Positions 51,464 to 62,599 of a stretch of DNA of 64,000 nt are shown in pieces; position 1 is the first letter of the stretch; each line of letters starts with the position of its first letter. Made by a program: the position numbers and the translations under genes. The notes beneath the pieces are model-generated. The model searched no databases. It was not told where the DNA came from and was given only the letters and a program-made list of their open reading frames with translations. The DNA is taken from the NCBI GenBank assembly GCA_965240325.2, contig OZ251242.1:620001-684000 (forward strand), written 5' to 3'. The DNA is from Rebecca billardiae RCC1528. Lineage: Eukaryota > Protista > Haptophyta.

Positions 51464-54134
51464 ATGGCTTCCAGGCGCGCGCTCGCGGAGCGCAACGACA
51501 ATGGCGCGCACGCCGGCGGCGTGCCGGCTCGGCTCGGCGGCGTGCCCGACGCTCGGCTCGGCGGCCCTCCGCCGGCCGCCGCCAAGCCCGTCAGCGCGGC
51601 CTCAGCGCGGCGCACGCCGGGCGCGCGCACGGCGGACGAGGAGAGCGCGCGGCTGCTCGCGCCGAGCACGGGCCTCGTCGCGCGCCGCGCGCCCGAGGGA
51701 GGGCGGCCGCCGCTGGCGGAGGGCGGCGCCCGAGTGCGTGGTGCGGATCCACCCGAGCGCGGCGAGGCCGCCGCCGCCTCCGCCGCTCGCCTCGCGGACG
51801 CCTCGCGCCGCCTCTCCGCGCGCGTGCGTTCGGGCACGCCGCAGCGCGCGCGCGCGCCGCCGCCGAGCGCGGCAGGCGGCGGCGGCGGCGGTGCCGGGGC
51901 TCGCGCCGCCGCCGTGCGCACGGCTGCGCATGCGCGTGCCACAGCAACCCAGCCGCCGCCTCGGCTGCCGCCGCGCGTCGCCGCCGTGGCGCGCGCGGCG
52001 CTGGCGAGGTGGCGGGCGCGCGCGCGCGAGCGCGCGGCGCGGCCGCGAGCGCGCGGCGGCGCGGCGAGCGCGCACGCGCGGCGGCGCGCGTTCGGCGCGC
52101 TGTGCGCGCACGCGCGGCACGCGCGCGCCGCACTGCGCGACGAGATGCGCCAGGCCGTGTGGCTTCTCTCGCGCGCCGAGCTCGGCAGCCGGCTGCGCGC
52201 GCGCCGCGCGCGGCACCTGCGCGCGCTGTGGGCTGCGTGGCGCGCGCACGCGCGCGCCGCGCCGCGGCGGCGGGCGCTGGCGCGCTGGCGCGCGGCGTGG
52301 CGCGAGCACGCGCGGCGCGCGCTCGCGCTCGCGCGCGCCTCGCGCGAGACGCGCGCGCGCTGCGGCGCGCGCGCGCTGCGGCGCGCGCTGCGCCTCGCGC
52401 GGCGCGCGGCGGGCGAGGCGTCCGCGGCGCGCGCCGTCGCCGAGCGCGGCGCGCGCGCCGGCGTCGCGGCGAGGGCGGCGACGCGCGCCTGGCGGCGGTG
52501 GTGCGCGCGCGGGCTGTCGCGCGAAGCGGCATGCCGCGCGGTTCGCACCGCGCGCGCGCGCGCCGCGTGGCGCGCGTGGCGCCGCGCCGCCGCGGGCTCG
52601 GCCGCGGCGTCGGCGCGCGCGCGCGCCGCGCGCGCGCGCCGCGCGCCGCGCGGCTGCGGCGCGCGGTCGGCGCGATGGCCGCGCGAGCGGCCGCGCGGCG
52701 CGCGTGGGAGCGGGCTGGCTGGGCGCTCGGCGCGCGCGCGGGGCTGGCGCGCGTACGCGCGAGCGCCGCCGCCGCCGCCGCCCAGACGCGCCGCACGGCC
52801 GCGGCGGGCGCGGCGGGCGCGCGCGCGGCGGCGCGGCGCGCGGTGCGCGCGTGGCGCGCGCGCGGTGCGCGGCGCGCGCGCGCTCGGCGCATGGCAGGGC
52901 GGCGCGCTCGCGGCGAGCGCGAGGCCGCGCTGCGCGCGTGGGCGGAGGGCGCGCGGATCCGGCGTGGCCACGCCGCCCTCGCGCGGCGCGCGTGCGCGCA
53001 CGGCCGCCGTGCCGCCCTCCGCGCGCTGGGCCACGCCGCCGCGCGCGCGCGCGCCGCGCGCGCCGTGGCCGCGGCCGTGCGCGCGCGCGCGGCCGCGCGG
53101 CGCGGCGCGCGCGCGCTCGCGGCGTGGCGCGCGGTGCGGCGCGCGCAGCGCGGCGCGCGCGCGCGGCGCGAGCTGGCGCACGCCCAGGCGCGCATCTGGG
53201 CGCGCGAGCGCGCGCGATCTGCGCTCGCGCGCTGGGCGGCGCCCGAGGGCGGCGGCGAGCGCGCGCGCGCGGCCGCGGCCGCGGCCGCGCTCGGCGGCGC
53301 GCGCGCGCGCCGGGCGCGCGCGCGCGCGCTCGCGCGCTGGCGGCGGCGCGCGCCTCCGCGGCGCGGCGCCGCGGCGCGCGCGTGGCGGCGCGCGCGCTGG
53401 CTGCGGCGCTGGGCCGCCGCCGCCGCCGAAGCCGCCGCCGCCATGGCGCTCCGCCGGCGCGCGGCGCTGTATCGGCTGACGGGCGCGGCGCGCGCGCGCG
53501 GCGCGCGGCGCGCGCTGGCGCGGCGCGCGCGCGCGCACGCGCGCGCCGCGCGCCGCGCGCGCGCGCTCGCGGCGTGGGCGGTGGCGGCGGCTGCGCGCGC
53601 GCGGCTCGGCGTCGCGCAGCGCGCCGCGCTCTTCGCGTGGGAGTCGCCGCTCTCGCGCGCGCTGCGCGCCGCGTGCGCGCGGTGGCATGCGCGCGCGCGC
53701 GCGCGCGCCGCGGCCGACGCCGCGGCCGCGGCCGCGGCCGCGCCGGCGCGCACGCGCACCGCCATGCGCGCGCTCGCGGCGTGGCTGCGCGTGTGCGCGC
53801 GGCGCGCGCTGCGCGCGCTGCGCGCGCGCGTCGCGCTGCGCGCCGCGCGCCACGCCGCGCTCGGCGCGTGGCGCCGCCACGCCGCGCGCGCGCGCTGGGC
53901 GCGCGAAGCGGCGCGGCGCGCGCTCGGCGCGCGCCGCTGGGCGCGCGCGGCGGGCGCGCGCGCGTGGCGCGCGGCGACGATGGCGGAGGCGCGGATCGTG
54001 GCGGCGCGGCACGCGCGCGGTGTGGCGCGGGCGCGGGCGCTCGCGCGGCTGCGCCTCGCCGCGGCCGAGCCGACGCTGCGCGCGCGCGCGCCCGCCGCCG
54101 CCGAGCGGCGGCGGCGCGGCGCGCTCGGCGCGTG

Positions 54135-54165
<31 letters not shown>

Positions 54166-56100
54166 GCCGCGGCCGCGGCCGCGGCCGCGCGCCGCGCGCG
54201 CGCGCGCCGCGCTGCGCGCGCTGCGCGCGTGGCTGCACCGCGCGAGCGGCGCGGCCACGCGCGCGGCGCTGCGCGCGCGCGCCCTCGGCGCGCGCCGCCG
54301 CGCGTGGGCCGCCGCCTGGCGCGCGCGCGCGGCCGCCTTGGGCGTGCGCCGCGTGGCGGCGGCGGCGGCCGCGGCCGCGGCGGCGGCCGCGGCCGCGGGC
54401 GGCGCGCGCGCGCCGCTGCGCCGCTGGCGGGCGCGCGCGGCGGTGGGGGCGAAGCGCGGCTGGCAGCTGCGCTTCGCCGCGCGCGCCGACGCCTCGCGCG
54501 CGCGCCGCGCCGCGTGCGCCGCGTGGGCGCGCCACGCCGCGGCGGCGCGGCGGCGCGCGCGCGCGGCGCGCGCGGCGCGCGCGGCCGCGCGCGGCCGCGC
54601 GCTCGGCGCGTGGGCGGCGGCGGCCGCGGAGCGCGGCGCGAGCGCCGCGCAGGCGGAGGCGGAGGGCACGCTGGGCGCGCGCGCGGCGCGGCGCGCGCGG
54701 CTGCGCGGCGCGCTGCGCCGCCTCGCCGCCGCCGCGCGCGCCGCGCGTATCGCCGCGCTGCGCGCCGCGCTGCGCGCGCTCGCGCGCGCCGCGGCCGCGG
54801 CCGCGCGCGGCGCGCGGCTGCGGCCGCGGCTGCGCGCGTGGCGGCGGCGCGCGCGCGCGCGCGCGTGGGCGGCGGCGGTCGGCGCGGAGCGCGAGCGCCT
54901 CGGCGCGATCGGCGGCGCGCGGCGGCGCGCGCGGCTGCTGCGCGGCTGGCGCCGCGCCGCGCGCCTCGCGGCGGCGGGCGGCGCCGCCCTCGCACACGCC
55001 GCCGCGCGCGGCCGCGCGCGCGCGCTCGGCGCGTGGCGCGCGGCCGCGCGCCGCGGCCGCGCGGCCGCGGCCGCGGCCGACGCGCTGGGCGCGGCGCGCG
55101 CCCGGCGCGCGCTGGGCGCGCTCGCGCGCGGCGCCGCGGGGGCGAGCGCGCGCGCGGCGCGCGCCCCGCTCGCGCTCGACGCGGCGCGGCGCGGCGACCG
55201 CCGCCGCGCCGCGCGCGCGTGGCGGCGGCGCGCGCGCGAGCGCGCGCGCGGCGCGGCGCTCGCGCGCGCGCGCGCGCCGCGCTGCGGCGCGCGCGGCTGC
55301 GGCGGTGGCGGCGCGGCGCGGCGCGCGCGCTGGCGGCCACGGCGGCCTCGCTCGCGCTCGCGCGCGGCGCGGCGCGTCGCGCGCTGCACCGCGCGCGCGA
55401 CGGCGCGGCCGCCGCCGCCGCCGCGCGCACCGCCGCCGCGCGCGCGCGCGGCGCGCGGCGCGCGCGCGCGCTCGTGCGCGCGGCCGCGCGCTGGCTGCGC
55501 GCGCTGCCGGCGCTGCGGCGCGCGCGCGGCGCGCGCCGCCTGCGCGCCGCGCTCGCGCGCGGCTCGCGCGCGGCGTCGTTCGAGGCGTGGGCCGGGCGGT
55601 CGCGCGCGCTGCGCGTCGCGCGCGCGGCCGCGCGGCTCGGCGTGCGCGCGCGCGCGCTCGGCCGCGCGCACGACAGCGTGCGCCGCTGGGCGCGCGCGGC
55701 GCGCGCGGCGCGCGCGCGCCGGCTGGGCGCGGCCGCGCGCGCGCGGCGCGCGCTCCGCGCGGTGCGGCGCCACGCCGCGGCGCGCGTGGCGGCGCGGCGC
55801 GCGGGCGCGCGCGCGCGCGCGCGGCGCGCGCTGTGCGCGCTCCGGTGCCACGCGGCGGCGCGGCTCGCGCTCGGCGAGGCGGTGCGGCTCGCGCGCGCGG
55901 CCGTGCCCGCGCGGCGGCCGCCGCCGATTCGGCGCCGCGCGCCGCCGAGCGAGCCCACGCCGTCGCGCGCGGCGAGCGGCGGCGCGGGCTTCGTGTCGCC
56001 CGAGGCGGTCCGCGGCAAGCCGTCGTCCTACGCGGTGGCGCTGGGGCGCGTGACCTGGGTGTGCGCGCCGGCCGTGCCCGAGGCGCGGACGCCATGCTGA
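51464..56100 (+). CDS. Giant Ala/Arg/Trp repeat protein, Sfi1-like; about three apparent frameshifts (~52640, ~54200, ~55270)
   Basis: Dozens of AL-x2-W-R repeats. The repeat register moves between + frames at (GC)n runs. ATG at 51464 (MASRRALAERNDN). Confidence 0.6.
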
Positions 56101-56236
56101 CATGAATCGCCATGAAGCAGCTCGGAAAGCTTCTTCAGACTGTCATCAATACGAGCGCGGGTGTAACCGCCCGAGGGCGTACTGTAACAGAAAAAAGGCC
56201 GGGCGTGAACAGCCAGCCGGCCGCGCTTGGCGCACG

Positions 56237-59200
56237 ATGGTGGCGGCCGTCCGGCTCGTCGCGAGCCGCCCGCTGTGGCCGTTCGGCCTGCCGGCGGGGC
56301 GCACGCCGGCGGACCCGCGCAGCCCGCTCGAGGACGTGCGCCTCGCCCGCCTCGCCCGCCTCCGCGCCGTCCCGCCCTTCGGCCTCCGCGCGCGCGCCGC
56401 CCGCGCGCTGCGCGAATGGCTCGCGCGCACGGCACACGCGGCGTTCGCCGCGCCGCGCGCCGCGCTGCGCGGGCGCGCGTGCCACTGGCGCGGCCGGCGG
56501 CTGGCGAGCGGGCTCGCCGCGCTGCACGCGCACGCGCGCGCGCGCCGCGCGCGCGCCGCCGCGTACCTCGCCGCGCGCGCGAGCGCGCGGCGCGCGTGGG
56601 CGCGCGCCGCGCCGCGCGGCGCGTGGGCGCGGCTCGCGCGGCGCGCGCTGCGGCGCGCGCTGGCGCGGCTCGCGCGCGCGCGCGCGCTGCGGCGCTGGGC
56701 CGGCGCGCACGCGCGCCGGCTCGCCGCGCGCGCGCGCGTCGCGCGCGCCCGCGCGCACCGCCTGCGCCCGCCACTGCTCGAGCTGGCTCGCGCGGCGGCC
56801 GCTGCGCGCGGCGCGCGCGCGCGCGCCGGCAGGGCGGCGGCGCGCGCGACGGGGGTGGCGCTGCGCCGCGGCGTGGAGGCGTGGCGGCGGCTCACGCGGT
56901 ACGCCCACGTCCTCCGCCGCGGCCTGCGCGCGTGGCTCCGCCACGTGCGCGACGCGCACGTGGGCCGCGCGCGGCGCGGCCTCGCGCGCGCCGCGCGCGC
57001 CGACGCGGCGCGCGCGCGCGCGCTCGCGAGCCTCCGGCGGGGCGCGCGCGCGGGCGTGCGCGTGCCGCGGCGCGCGGAGGCGCGCGCCGTGCGGCTCGTC
57101 GCGGCGCTCGACGCGTGGCTGCTCGACGCCGACGACGCGCGCGCCGCACGCCGCCTGCGCGCGCGCGCGCGCGCGCACGCGCTGCGCGGCGCGCTCGCGC
57201 GCGCGTGCGGCGCCGCGGCCGAGGCGGCGGCGGCGGCGGCGCTCGGCGCGCAGGCGGCGCACGCGGCGGTGGCGGTGGCGGCGGCGCGCGGCGTGGGCGC
57301 GCTCGCGCGCGCGCGCGCGCGCCGCCGCGCCGCCGCGTGGCGCGCCGCGCGCGCCGCCGCGCACGCCGAGCGCCTCGCGCGCGCGCGCGCGCTGCGCGCG
57401 TGGCGGCGCGCGCGCCGCCGCGCGCGCCGGCGCGCGCGCGCGGCCGCGGTGCGGCGCGGCCGCGCACTCGGCGAGCTGCGGGAGGCGACGGCGAGGCGCG
57501 CGCGGCATCGGGCGGCGCGCGCGCTCGCGCGCGCGTGCCGGCTCTGGGCGTGGCGCGCGTACGCCCTCGCCGCCGCCCGCCGCCGCGCCGCCGCGGCCGC
57601 GGTGCGCGCGGCGGCCGTGCGCGCGGCCGCGCCCGCGCCGCTCGCGCGCTGGCGGCGCGCGGCGCGCGCGGCCGCGCGCGCCGCGGCGGCGGCGGCCGAG
57701 CTCGCGCCGCGGCGGGTGCGGCGGCAGGAGCGGCGCGTCTTCGCCACGTGGCGCGCGCTGCACCACCCGACCACGCGCGTGCGCCACCGCCTCCGCGTGT
57801 TGCGCCTCGGCGGCGCGCGGCGGCTGCTGCGCGCGCGCTGGCGCGCCGCGGCCGCGCGCGCCGCGGCCGCGCGCGCCGCGCGCGCGCTCGCCGCCGCGGC
57901 GCGGCTCGCGCTCGCGTGGCGCGGGCTGCGCCGTGGCGCGCGGCGCGCGGCGCGGCGCGCGGCGGACGCGCGCGCCGCCGCCGCCGCGCGCCCGCGCGCC
58001 GCGCGCGGCGGCGCGCTCGCGCGGCGGCGCGCGCTGCGAGCGCTCGCGGCCGGCGCGGCCGCGCGCCGCGCCGCGGCCGCGCGCGCCGCGCTCGGCGGCT
58101 GGCTGCGCCGCGCGCACGCGCTGCGCACGCTGCGGCGCGCGTGGGCGGCGGACGCGGGCGCGCGCGTCGCGCGCATCGCCGCGGCGCTGCGCGCGCAGCA
58201 CGCCGCGCTGCGCCGCTGGCGCGGCGGCGCGCGCGCGGCCGCGCGCGCCGCGGCCGCGGCCGTGCGCGCGCGCGTGCGCGCGGCGCGCGGCGCGCTGCGC
58301 GCGTGGCGCTATGCGGGCGCGCTGGGCGGCGCGGCGGCGGCGCTCGCGGCGGCGCACGCGAGCGCGAGCACGCGGCGCGCGCTCGAGCACCTCGACGAGG
58401 CGCGCGCCGCGCGCACCCTCGCAACACACGCCGCCGCTGTCGGCTCGCTCGTCGGGCGCGCGCGCGCGCTCGGCGCGTGGCGGCGCGGCGCGGCGACCGC
58501 GACGCCGCGCGCGGCCGCGGCCGCGGCCGCGCGGCGCGCGGCGGCCGAGAGGCGGCGTGGCGCGCTCGGCGGCGCGCTCTCGCGGTGGCGCGCGCTCGCT
58601 GCCACCGCGGCGGCGCGCGCCTCGCCGGGCCCGCCCTTCGCCCCTGCCGCCGCTGACGCCGCGCCGCCGCCGCCGCCGCGCCGCGCCGCCGCGCCGCCGC
58701 CGCCGCGCCGCGCCGCCGCGCCGCCGCCACCGCCGGCCGCAGCCGGCGTGCCGGCGGCGGCCGTGCCGCCGCCACCGCCGCCACGAGCCGTCGCCGACGG
58801 TGACGCGCTCTTTGCCTTCGCGCACGAGCCGCGGCGGCTGCAGCCGCTGCCACCGCCGCAGCCGCCGCCGCAGCCGCAGCCGCCGCAGCCGCCGACGCCG
58901 CAGCCGCAGCCGCAGCCGCAGCCGCAGCCGCAGCCGCCGGCGCAGCCGCCGCCCGCGGCCCCGGCTGAAGCCACGCAGCCAGCGCACGCGCCGCCGCTCC
59001 CGCCTGCGCGGCCGCGCGCCGCCGCCCTCGGCGGCGTCGCCTTCGCGTGCACCCCACCGCAGCCGTCGCAGCCGCAGCCGCCGCCACCGCTGCCGACACA
59101 GCCGCAGCCGAGCGCGGCGGCGGTGGCGCCGCCAACGCGCGCGCAGCACACAGCTGCCGCCGCGCGCGCCGCCGCGGCCGCGGGCGGCGGCGAGGCGGCC

Positions 59201-62200
59201 GCTGGTCGGCACGGCGGCCCCGCCGCGGGCGGCGGCACCGCCGCCGCCGACGCGGCTGCCGCCGCCAGGCGCGACGCCGCGCTGCGCCGCGCTCTCTCCG
59301 CCTGGGCGCAGCGCGCGGCCGCGGCGCGCGCGCTGCGCGCCGCCACCGCCGCCGCCGCGTCCGCCGCGCCCTCCGCCGCGCAGCTGCTGCGGCAGCGCGC
59401 GGCGCACGCGGCGCTCGCCGCGGCGGCCGCGCAGCAGGCGGCGCGCGCCGCGCGCACGCACGCCGCGGCCACCGCCTTCGCGCTGTGGGGCGCGCGCGCG
59501 CCCGCCGCCGCGGCCGAGCGGGCGCTGGGCCGGCGCGCGGCCGCGCTCGGCCGCGCGCGCGCGCTGCGCGCCGCCGCGCGCGCCTGGCGCGCGCGCGCGC
59601 CGGCCGCCGCCGCCGCGGACGCGAACGCCGCCACGGCCGGCGCGCGCGCGCGGACGAGCCGGCGCCACGCCGCGCTCGCGGCGTGGCGCGGCGCGGCGGC
59701 CGCGACCGCGCGCGCGCGCGCGGACGACGGGCTCGCGCGCGCGCACGCGGCGCGCGCGGCCGAGCGCGCGGCGCGCGGCGCGCTGCGCGCGTGGCGCGCG
59801 CGCGCGGCGCGGCTCGGCGCGCTCGAGGCGACCGCGCGCGCGTACGCGGGCGCGCGCGCGCGCGCCGGCGCGCTGCTCGCCATCGTCAGCGCCGCCGCCG
59901 CGGCGCGCGGCGTGCGAGCGCTCGCGGCGGCCGCGGCGGCGCGCGGCGCGCGCCGCGGCGCGCTCGCGCGCTGGCGCGCGTTCGCGCGCGCCGCCGCCGC
60001 CGTGCGCGGCGCCAGCGAGGCCGGCGGCGCGGCGGCGCGGCGCGCCCGGCTCGGCGCGGCGTGGGCGCGCTGGCGCGCGGCGGCGCCGCCCATCCACTCG
60101 CTCGCCGCCGCGGTGGCCGCCGTGGGCTTTGCGCAGCGGCGCGCGTGGCGCGCGTGGCGCGCGCGGCGCGCGCGGCGCGCGCCGCGCGCGGCCGCGCAGC
60201 GGCCGCCGGCACCGCCGCCGCGCCCCGGCGTCAGCGAGCGTGGTGCTGCGGGCGCGGGCGCGCATCAGCCGGTGGTGCGCGTGCCGCCGCCGCCGCCGCC
60301 GAGGCCGGCCCCGGCGGCGCCGGCGGCGGCGCCGGCGGCGCGCACGGCGCGCGCGCCGCCGCCGCCATCGCCAGCGCGCGCCGCCGCCGCCGCCGTCGCA
60401 GCCGCCGCCGCCGCCGCCTTCGCTGCCGCCGCCGGCGTGAGCCCGACGCAGCCGCCGCCGCCGCCGCCACGGCGCGCCGCCGCCGATGTGAGCACGCCGC
60501 GCGTGCCGCCGCCACCGCCGCCGCGCGCTGCCGCCGCGCCCGCGCCCGCGCCCGCCGGCGCGCCGCGCGCGCCAGCGCTGCGCGCCGCGTGGCGCGCGCT
60601 GCGCGCGGCGGCGGTGGCGGCGCGTGAGCGCACGCTGCGCACGCGCGTGGCGGGCGCGGCGCGCGCGCTGCGCGCGGCCGAGGCCGCACGCGCCGGCGCG
60701 GCGCGGCGCGCGCTGCGCCGGCTGGCGAGCCACGCCGCCGCGCGCGCCGCCGCCGCGCGCGCCGCCGCCGCGCGCGCCGCCGCGGCCGCGCTGGCCGCGT
60801 GGCGCGCCGCGCCGCACCCGCCGCCTCCGCTGCTCGGCGCGGTCGGCGCGGCGCGCGGGCGCGCGCGCGCGCTCGCGCGCGGCTCGCGCGCGCTGCGCGA
60901 CGCCACGGCCGACGGCCTACGCGACGCCGTCCGCGCCGCCGCCGCGCGCAGGCACGCCGCCGCGCGCGCGCGCGCGCGCGCGGTGCGCGCACTGCTGCGC
61001 GCGGCGAGCGCGCGCCACGCGGCCGCGGCGGCCGCCGCGGCGCTGCCGGCGAGCGCGGCGGCGGCGGCGGCGCTGGCGGCGCGCGCGGCGCGCGCGCTGC
61101 GCGTGTGGCGCCGCCCGCACCGCGCGCGACTCGCCGCGCTGCGCGCCGCCGAGGCGCTCGCGCGCCGCGCGCGCGCCGCGCTGCGCGCGTGGCGGCGCGC
61201 GTGCGGCGCGCGCGCCGCGTCCGCCGCCCTCCGCCGCTCGCCGTATGCGGCGGCGCGGCCGGCGGCGCGCGCGCTCGGCGGCGCGGGCTGGCGCGCGCCA
61301 AACGCGTCGGTGCCGCCGCCCACCGCCGCCGCCGCCACGGGCGCCGCGCTCGGCGGCGCCACCGCGCTGCTTGCGCTGCGAACGTGGCGGCTCGCGCGCG
61401 CGCCCGGCGCCGCCGCCACGCCGCCGCCGCCGCCGCCGGCGGCGCGGCGCCCGCAGCCGCGAGCGACCGCCGCCGACGGCGGCGGGTCGGGCGGCGCGCA
61501 CTCGGCCGCGGGCGCCCTCGGCGGCGCCGCCCTCGCCACCGTCGCGTCGGCGCGCGCCGCCGGCGCCGAGCGCGAGCGCGCGCAGGGCGCCCTGCACGCG
61601 TGGGCGGTGCGCGCGGCGGCGCGGCGCGCGGCGCGCGCCGCGGCGGTGCGCGTGCGCGCGCGCGCGCGCCGCGCCGCGCTCGCGCGCGCGCTCGCGCGCC
61701 TGGCCGCGCGGCCGCGCTGGCTGCAGCGCATGGCGCGCGGCGCGGCGCGCGCGGCGCTCGCGCGCGCGTCCGAGCACGCGCGCGCGCGCCGGCTGCGCCG
61801 CGCCGGCGCAGACCATCAGGCGCTGCGTTGGGGCGCGCGCGCCGCGGCCGCCGCGCGCGCGCCTGCCGGCCTCGCGCGCGCGTGGGCGCGCTGGGCGGCG
61901 GCGGCGCGGCGCGGCGCGCTCGGCCCCAGCGCTCGCCGCGCGGCGCCCGCAGCCGCCATCGGCGCGGCCTCCGCGCGCCCAGCCGCTGCCGCGACGGAGC
62001 GCGCGCCCAGCCCCCAGCCCGCCGCACCCGCGCCCAAGCCGCAGGCGCCCGCGTCCGCAGCGCCGCCGCCGCACCCGTCGCTGCCCCGCGCGCACTGCAG
62101 CGGCGCCCTCCGCACAGGCAGCTCGGCGTGTTCGCCAGCAGGCGACGGCGACGACGGCCGGAGCCGGCTGCCCGCCCTCCTCTCCGCGACGACGACGGCG

Positions 62201-62434
62201 GGCGCGCGCGGCGGGGCGGCGGCGCCTGCGCCGGGCGGCTCTTCGGGCGGCGGCGTGGCAGCGGCCCATCAGTTTGTCACGCCGCCTGCTGCCAGCGTCA
62301 GCGCAGCCTGCGGCGGGGCGGCGGGGGCGGCGGCGGCGGCAGCGGCGGCGGCAGTCGTCGGCGCAGCAGCGCCTCAGCTGCCCTCAGCAGCAGCAACAGT
62401 GTGCTATCAGTGTCAAGCGGCAACCCGCGAATGA
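56237..62434 (+). CDS. Second giant Sfi1-like Ala/Arg/Trp repeat protein with Pro/Gln-rich spacers
   Basis: About 2060-aa uninterrupted ORF with repeated ALRAWR/ALARWR motifs and PQPQPQ and poly-Pro blocks. Confidence 0.65.
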   Translation: MVAAVRLVASRPLWPFGLPAGRTPADPRSPLEDVRLARLARLRAVPPFGLRARAARALREWLARTAHAAFAAPRAALRGRACHWRGRRLASGLAALHAHARARRARAAAYLAARASARRAWARAAPRGAWARLARRALRRALARLARARALRRWAGAHARRLAARARVARARAHRLRPPLLELARAAAAARGARARAGRAAARATGVALRRGVEAWRRLTRYAHVLRRGLRAWLRHVRDAHVGRARRGLARAARADAARARALASLRRGARAGVRVPRRAEARAVRLVAALDAWLLDADDARAARRLRARARAHALRGALARACGAAAEAAAAAALGAQAAHAAVAVAAARGVGALARARARRRAAAWRAARAAAHAERLARARALRAWRRARRRARRRARAAAVRRGRALGELREATARRARHRAARALARACRLWAWRAYALAAARRRAAAAAVRAAAVRAAAPAPLARWRRAARAAARAAAAAAELAPRRVRRQERRVFATWRALHHPTTRVRHRLRVLRLGGARRLLRARWRAAAARAAAARAARALAAAARLALAWRGLRRGARRAARRAADARAAAAARPRAARGGALARRRALRALAAGAAARRAAAARAALGGWLRRAHALRTLRRAWAADAGARVARIAAALRAQHAALRRWRGGARAAARAAAAAVRARVRAARGALRAWRYAGALGGAAAALAAAHASASTRRALEHLDEARAARTLATHAAAVGSLVGRARALGAWRRGAATATPRAAAAAAARRAAAERRRGALGGALSRWRALAATAAARASPGPPFAPAAADAAPPPPPRRAAAPPPPRRAAAPPPPPAAAGVPAAAVPPPPPPRAVADGDALFAFAHEPRRLQPLPPPQPPPQPQPPQPPTPQPQPQPQPQPQPPAQPPPAAPAEATQPAHAPPLPPARPRAAALGGVAFACTPPQPSQPQPPPPLPTQPQPSAAAVAPPTRAQHTAAAARAAAAAGGGEAAAGRHGGPAAGGGTAAADAAAAARRDAALRRALSAWAQRAAAARALRAATAAAASAAPSAAQLLRQRAAHAALAAAAAQQAARAARTHAAATAFALWGARAPAAAAERALGRRAAALGRARALRAAARAWRARAPAAAAADANAATAGARARTSRRHAALAAWRGAAAATARARADDGLARAHAARAAERAARGALRAWRARAARLGALEATARAYAGARARAGALLAIVSAAAAARGVRALAAAAAARGARRGALARWRAFARAAAAVRGASEAGGAAARRARLGAAWARWRAAAPPIHSLAAAVAAVGFAQRRAWRAWRARRARRAPRAAAQRPPAPPPRPGVSERGAAGAGAHQPVVRVPPPPPPRPAPAAPAAAPAARTARAPPPPSPARAAAAAVAAAAAAAFAAAAGVSPTQPPPPPPRRAAADVSTPRVPPPPPPRAAAAPAPAPAGAPRAPALRAAWRALRAAAVAARERTLRTRVAGAARALRAAEAARAGAARRALRRLASHAAARAAAARAAAARAAAAALAAWRAAPHPPPPLLGAVGAARGRARALARGSRALRDATADGLRDAVRAAAARRHAAARARARAVRALLRAASARHAAAAAAAALPASAAAAAALAARAARALRVWRRPHRARLAALRAAEALARRARAALRAWRRACGARAASAALRRSPYAAARPAARALGGAGWRAPNASVPPPTAAAATGAALGGATALLALRTWRLARAPGAAATPPPPPPAARRPQPRATAADGGGSGGAHSAAGALGGAALATVASARAAGAERERAQGALHAWAVRAAARRAARAAAVRVRARARRAALARALARLAARPRWLQRMARGAARAALARASEHARARRLRRAGADHQALRWGARAAAAARAPAGLARAWARWAAAARRGALGPSARRAAPAAAIGAASARPAAAATERAPSPQPAAPAPKPQAPASAAPPPHPSLPRAHCSGALRTGSSACSPAGDGDDGRSRLPALLSATTTAGARGGAAAPAPGGSSGGGVAAAHQFVTPPAASVSAACGGAAGAAAAAAAAAVVGAAAPQLPSAAATVCYQCQAATRE

Positions 62435-62599
62435 CGACAAGCCAGTAACTGTAATAAGTCGTATAGCAGCCGTACACAGCAACGACTTCTTTTTTAAAGC
62501 GGCCGTTAGCGTGTCCAGCGGCCAGATTAATTTTCGAAAAATTACTATGCGCTGCGCGCGCGCCCCTAGGGGGCGGCGCGCGCGCGCGGCTGGTCCCCC

